NCBI RefSeq assembly: GCF_009914755.1
Contig: NC_060940.1
Strand: one strand, 5' to 3'
Length of the DNA stretch: 64,000 bases
Origin: the human T2T-CHM13v2.0 reference genome, Homo sapiens
In this document: one piece after another, positions 59,001 through 64,000 of the stretch
Numbering within the stretch: position 1 is the stretch's first letter
Layout: each line of letters begins with the position of its first letter
Position numbers and translations under genes: made by a program
The notes under the pieces: generated by a model
Told to the model about the DNA's origin: nothing
What the model saw: only the letters and a program-made list of their open reading frames with translations
The model's database searches: none

Positions 59001-59145
59001 TCTATGCTCAGTCGAAAGGGGCTGGGGCTGCTTTCTCCCCTCCCTTCTTGACTCTCTGTTCACAGAACTCAGGCTGCCTCCAGCCAGCCTTTGCCCGCTA
59101 GACTCACTGGCCCTGAGCACTTGAAGGTGCAGCAAGTCACTGAGA

Positions 59146-59410
59146 ATGAGCACTTTCTTCTCGGACACAGCATGGATCTGCCTGGCTGTCCCCACAGTAC
59201 TATGTGGGACAGTATTTTGCAAATACAAGAAGAGCTCAGGGCAGCTGTGGAGCTGGATGGTCTGCCTGGCAGGCCTCTGTGCAGTCTGCCTGCTCATCCT
59301 GTCCCCTTTTTGGGGCTTGATCCTCTTCTCGGTGTCATGCTTCCTCATGTATACTTACTTATCTGGCCAAGAATTGTTACCTGTGGATCAGAAGGCAGTC
59401 CTGGTGACAG
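59146..59410 (+). CDS. HSD17B2: HSD17B2 (17-beta-hydroxysteroid dehydrogenase 2) coding exon 1; gene continues beyond the window
   Basis: MSTFFSDTAWICLAVPTVLCGTVFCKYKKSSGQLWSWMVCLAGLCAVCLLILSPFWGLILFSVSCFLMYTYLSGQELLPVDQKAVLVT(G); hydrophobic anchor then start of the Rossmann motif; donor cag|gtaagc at 59410/59411. Confidence 0.97.
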
Positions 59411-60037
59411 GTAAGCAGACGGTGCTACAATTTTCACTGAGGGTATGATCTGAAACTTGCTTTGCCTTAGCAGGACTTTGTCAAATCTGGCTTAAAAATA
59501 AAATACTTGGCATGGAGTAAATGAAAGCCCTCACCCAAGTATTTTTCATGACACTGTTTTCGTTCCGTTTTTTCCAGGAGGTGCATTTGAAGGGGCTGGT
59601 AGTGGGAGGGAAGGAGAGGATGAAGTGCACCCAGACAATGATTTTGTTAAAATTTCCCAGGAATAAATATTAATAGGCAAAATGGCAATATTTCATGTGT
59701 TCTATTGTACCCAGGAATGTCCCATAGATTGTTTTTTAGGCTTAAATGGACTTTTGTTCTGACATCATTGTTTGGCCAGGTTCTCCACCTGGACTCTTCT
59801 TCCCTAGGTATGCAAGAACGCTTACAAGCCAAGTTCTACTTGTCCCTTGCTGTTTTGAAATATTGAAGGGATTCACTTACCTGGGCTGGAGACTTTGCAG
59901 TTTGCTTGGCTGCTGTCAAGAACCTTGTGTCCTGTCTGAACTGTTCCTCATTAGACCTCTAATGTTTCTTAATTGGACCAACTTGGCATCGTGTCCAACA
60001 TTCAGTTGCCTGTTAGCTGAGCTGCCAGTTTTTCCCT

Positions 60038-60042
<5 letters not shown>

Positions 60043-60076
<34 letters not shown>
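60043..60076. repeat. (GT)n microsatellite, HSD17B2 intron 1
   Basis: About 17 GT units. Confidence 0.95.
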
Positions 60077-60078
<2 letters not shown>

Positions 60079-62045
60079 CCCCATTGCAAGTGTGAGGCCA
60101 AATTAAATTTCTTTGAGTTGTAAAATTTTTGCTTGGTTATGGAGTTTAAGCTTGGATAGGGCTGTAATTAGGATTATCCAGCGTTATCCTAACCCAGAAA
60201 GCCCTACCAAATAAAAAAAAAATCAGCTGTGGAATCATTTGGGGGAGATCATCACCCCTCTGACCATGATCCTCAGGGTGAAGGCAAGAATGGCATGGGG
60301 ATGTGGTTGGGAGAAAATCTGGGGCTTGACAATTTGCAGAGAAACAGACTTTGTTTTTGGGTTAAAGTAAAATGCTTTCTTGAAACAAAATGCAAATTGG
60401 TGCTTGTTGGGGTTAGACAAGCCACAGAAAAGAAGCTTCTTTAAATTAATTTTTGAAAGTTTAGAGGGAGAAAATTCAGTCAATGGGATGTTTATCTGCA
60501 AGAATGTCTGATATCACCTGGAATCATGTATCTGGGAGTCTGGCTGGATTTTCCACTTTTTTATTAGAATTCTCAAATGGCTTATCGGTGAAATTTGTAA
60601 GAGAGTCTCAATTTTCCTGTTCTGTGTCCTGTTCTGTTATGAAACCTTAGGATGAGCTCAGGCAAACCACAGGGTAGCTGAGAAAATGGGAATCCCTTCT
60701 TGCTTGTTTATTTTGTCAACATTCTTTATCCTCTGCATTTCAAGATGCAGGTGTTAATTAATGCTCACAAAATATGCACCCAACTCAGTGAGCCCACATC
60801 AGCCACTGAAAGGTGCCGTGCATTTAGTGTTGAGTGAGGATGATTGAATCAATTAGGCAACTCAAGCTCAAGGACTAATCCCTGCATGAAATGCTTATGG
60901 CAATGAAGAAAGCTTAGAATTAAGATGAGCACTACATATATTTAAGGATGACTGAAATGTCACTTTCACGTTCTTTGTTATTTTCAAGTTCTCTGTCATT
61001 TTTATGAGGAATGCTATGTGCTCATATCATCCTAGACAAGGCCTCAAGACCTTTGTATGAAATCGAGAAATTTAAAATGAATTCATTTTGTTAGACCACA
61101 ACTCTTTAAAGAATGAAGAAGCCACGCTGAGTTTGGAATAACCTTTGTTCCAGATTGGCTTATGATAACATAGATTAGCACGCATTGTGGTGGGGCAGGA
61201 CCAAAGAAAAATGTGGCAGTGTACATCAAAACCATACATATGGTTCCTTTATCTGATAATTCAAGTCTTGGAAATTTATTTTGAAGACATAATCTGAAAT
61301 ATGAAAAAAAGAGTAGAAGCAAAACCAAAATGGCACATTCAACACAATCTTATTATTTAATTTAGATTAATATTAAATATCAAAAGCAACAAAAAGGGTG
61401 ATAATATATGGTACATCCTCTGGGTATAACAATGTGCAACCATTAAAAATGACAGCCACAAGGACTGTGTTACATGGAAAACTGCTTGGGCCAAAGGAAA
61501 ACACACAGGAAATCCCAGGGTTGGAACAAGTCTACAGCCACGTCAAATGCATAGATTCCTGGGCTGGGCAAAAAGCTGTGATAACAGCTGGAAGAAATAG
61601 TTTGTATATGGTTGGATTAGTGTGCTGGAAATAGTTTGTAAATGAAAGGAAATAGTTTATAAAGGAAATAGTTGGTTAATGGTTGGATTAGACTATTTAC
61701 GTGTTATTTTCTCCCCTGGATTTCAAATTTCTCTGGTGTGATTACATTACTCATACAATAAAAATACTTAAAAGAGAACACAAAACAGCTAAAGCTCCTT
61801 TTAGTTTGTATTTAATTTTGGACCCAGGTGAGAGGCAATTACAAAGACAAATTTAAAAAAATGACTTTTTTCTCCCCTTTGAGCCCTTTATTTCATTTTG
61901 CTAAGATGTTCAAAAGTCTGTTGCCTCAGAGACAATATAATTACAGTAAGAAAAAGTAAGCAAGCATAGAGTGTTTGAATACATATTTGTCTTCAAGATA
62001 CCTGAAACCACAGAGGCCATTCAAATATTTAAAATGTATGTGTGA

Positions 62046-62270
<225 letters not shown>

Positions 62271-62961
62271 TAAATGTATAACTGTAAAATGAACAAAGAG
62301 CAGACCAACACGATTGTAATAACATCTCAACCACAACATAGTGGGAAAAAACTTTGAAGACACACAGGCTTGGGTTTGAATCCTGCATCTACCTTGCCTT
62401 AGGCTAGGTCCCCAGAGGCAGTGCTTTCTGTGAGGATTTGTGGGAAAGATTTATTAGGAGGGTTTCCAGAGAAGATGGGCAGGGAAAAGGAAGAAGCCAG
62501 GTAAGGGTGAGACATTGAGAAGTCCTCTGAAGATCACTTGGGCTTGATCACCCTGGGCGGACGTGGGGTGGTGTGGATCACTCATCAGAGCTGTGCCAAT
62601 TGGAGACTAGAGAGCTGTAGTCTTTATGCCTTCACACCAGTCAATCATTAGTTAAGGGCAGTCACCCCTGTTCCCCCTTGGTTGTGGGCAGGAGGGGAGA
62701 CTTAATTCCATGCACTTCTGGCACCATGTGGACACTGGCTGGCAAAGTGGGTTCTGGTCCTTTGGGGAAAGAATCGCAGGTGCTGGCTGCTGGGAGTCAA
62801 AGTGCACCATGGATTGATGCACACAACAGTGGGAGGGTTCTGGGGGAATAGGATCTTATTTGCTGCATCTTTATTACTAGCTGTGTGGACAGCTGTGTAA
62901 ACTTTGGTGCTCGGTTTTGGATTTTGGGACTCTGTTTTCTCCTCTGTAAATGGAAAATAAT

Positions 62962-62992
<31 letters not shown>

Positions 62993-63083
62993 AACACACA
63001 CACACCCCTGCATATGTTATACTACTATAGATGGAGTTAGCAGATGAGAGAGAGAGAGAGAGGGAGAGAGAGAGAGAGAGAGA
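62962..63083. repeat. (CA)n and (GA)n microsatellites
   Basis: CA run at 62962-63005, GA run at 63046-63083. Confidence 0.9.
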
Positions 63084-64000
63084 ATGACTGTATTGGGGTG
63101 GTGAGGGGAAAGCTTGAGTAGTTAGGAAGAACATGAAGGAACAAAAAGAACAAAAGAAAACGTTGACAAACAGAGAGAAGAAGCATTCATGTATTCACTC
63201 AATAAATATTCATTGAGGGCCCAGTATGTGCCATGCATTTTCCAGAAGCAAAGGGGGAAGAAAATTTTAAGACCAGGAAATTACTGTCAAGCGATGGGAT
63301 CAAAATTCCTACTTTTCCTTCATCTTGGACACACATTCACTGGAGTTCCTTCCCCCTCTTCTGAGGTTACACGTTGTCCTTCTCAGCCTACCCTCTAAGC
63401 TTGGCAGGAGATGCACAGGTAACTTTAAGTTTCTATCCTCTGGCCTTTCATCCTGCCCCCTCCAGTCATCTCAAATATTGAGAACCGACTCAGCATCTAC
63501 TGTGTACAGAGCAGACACCTCAGGGCTTCATGGACCACTGGGGAAGACACGGCCACACCCAACTGTGGCTGTGTGATGGGGCACATAAGAAACCTCCAGG
63601 TTCATTCCCAAAGCGGATCCCAGGCAGACACAGGTCTTGTGTGTGGAGCTGGGGAAAGCTTGACAAAAAAAGAGGGACCTCGTTAAGAATCTAAAATTAG
63701 TTTTCTAGGGGGAAAGTGAGAAGGTATTCCAGCCTAATTGGTTAAGTAGCTACAACAAATACAGCTAGCACTCAATAAAGCTTGCTGCATTAGATAATTT
63801 TTAATTGAAAATTTCAAAACTGGATATATTGGAGAACGGATCCAGGAGGAGAAGTAAGATCTGTTTTCAGTGAAAATATTTTATGCTCACAAGAAAGTGT
63901 CTCACGTGAGTGATCATCCCTTCTTGCAATTACTGAACAGTCCAAATAAGGTTCTCAAGTTGAATACCATGGGTATCATCTTGGGGTTTGGACTCCTTTG

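Noticed and set aside
59057-59069. Possible steroid-receptor element tgttcacagaact in the HSD17B2 5'UTR
   Set aside because: Half-site orientation and spacing do not fit the IR3 consensus

Overview
Primate (human-type) genomic DNA that I recognise as the SDR42E1-HSD17B2 locus (16q23.3, from memory). SDR42E1 lies on the minus strand. It has a non-coding exon 1 in a CpG island near 35.1-35.2 kb, and its CDS is join(24508..24575, 22828..23941), which gives 393 aa. HSD17B2 starts on the plus strand: coding exon 1 is 59146..59410 and the rest of the gene lies beyond the window. The two short-chain dehydrogenases are divergently transcribed about 24 kb apart. Most remaining sequence is interspersed repeat. 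This includes a triple nest (AluYb8 inside a 5'-intact but internally deleted L1PA2/3 inside an older L1PB-like element), a full two-LTR THE1B and a MER4A-like LTR in SDR42E1 intron 1, MER1A inside MLT1C, many Alus, L2/MIR/CR1 relics and a ~64-bp-period CA/TA minisatellite. I see no evidence for a wholly new gene system. The most promising under-described signals are regulatory: (1) a 60-bp promoter duplication whose copies carry different TF motifs; (2) a strong-Kozak micro-uORF in SDR42E1; (3) an in-frame uORF plus a possible intronic polyadenylation unit in HSD17B2 that would encode an anchor-only peptide; (4) a perfect 19-bp palindrome with a template-switch footprint downstream of SDR42E1. 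Repeat subfamily names are recalled from consensus sequences and were not checked with RepeatMasker.
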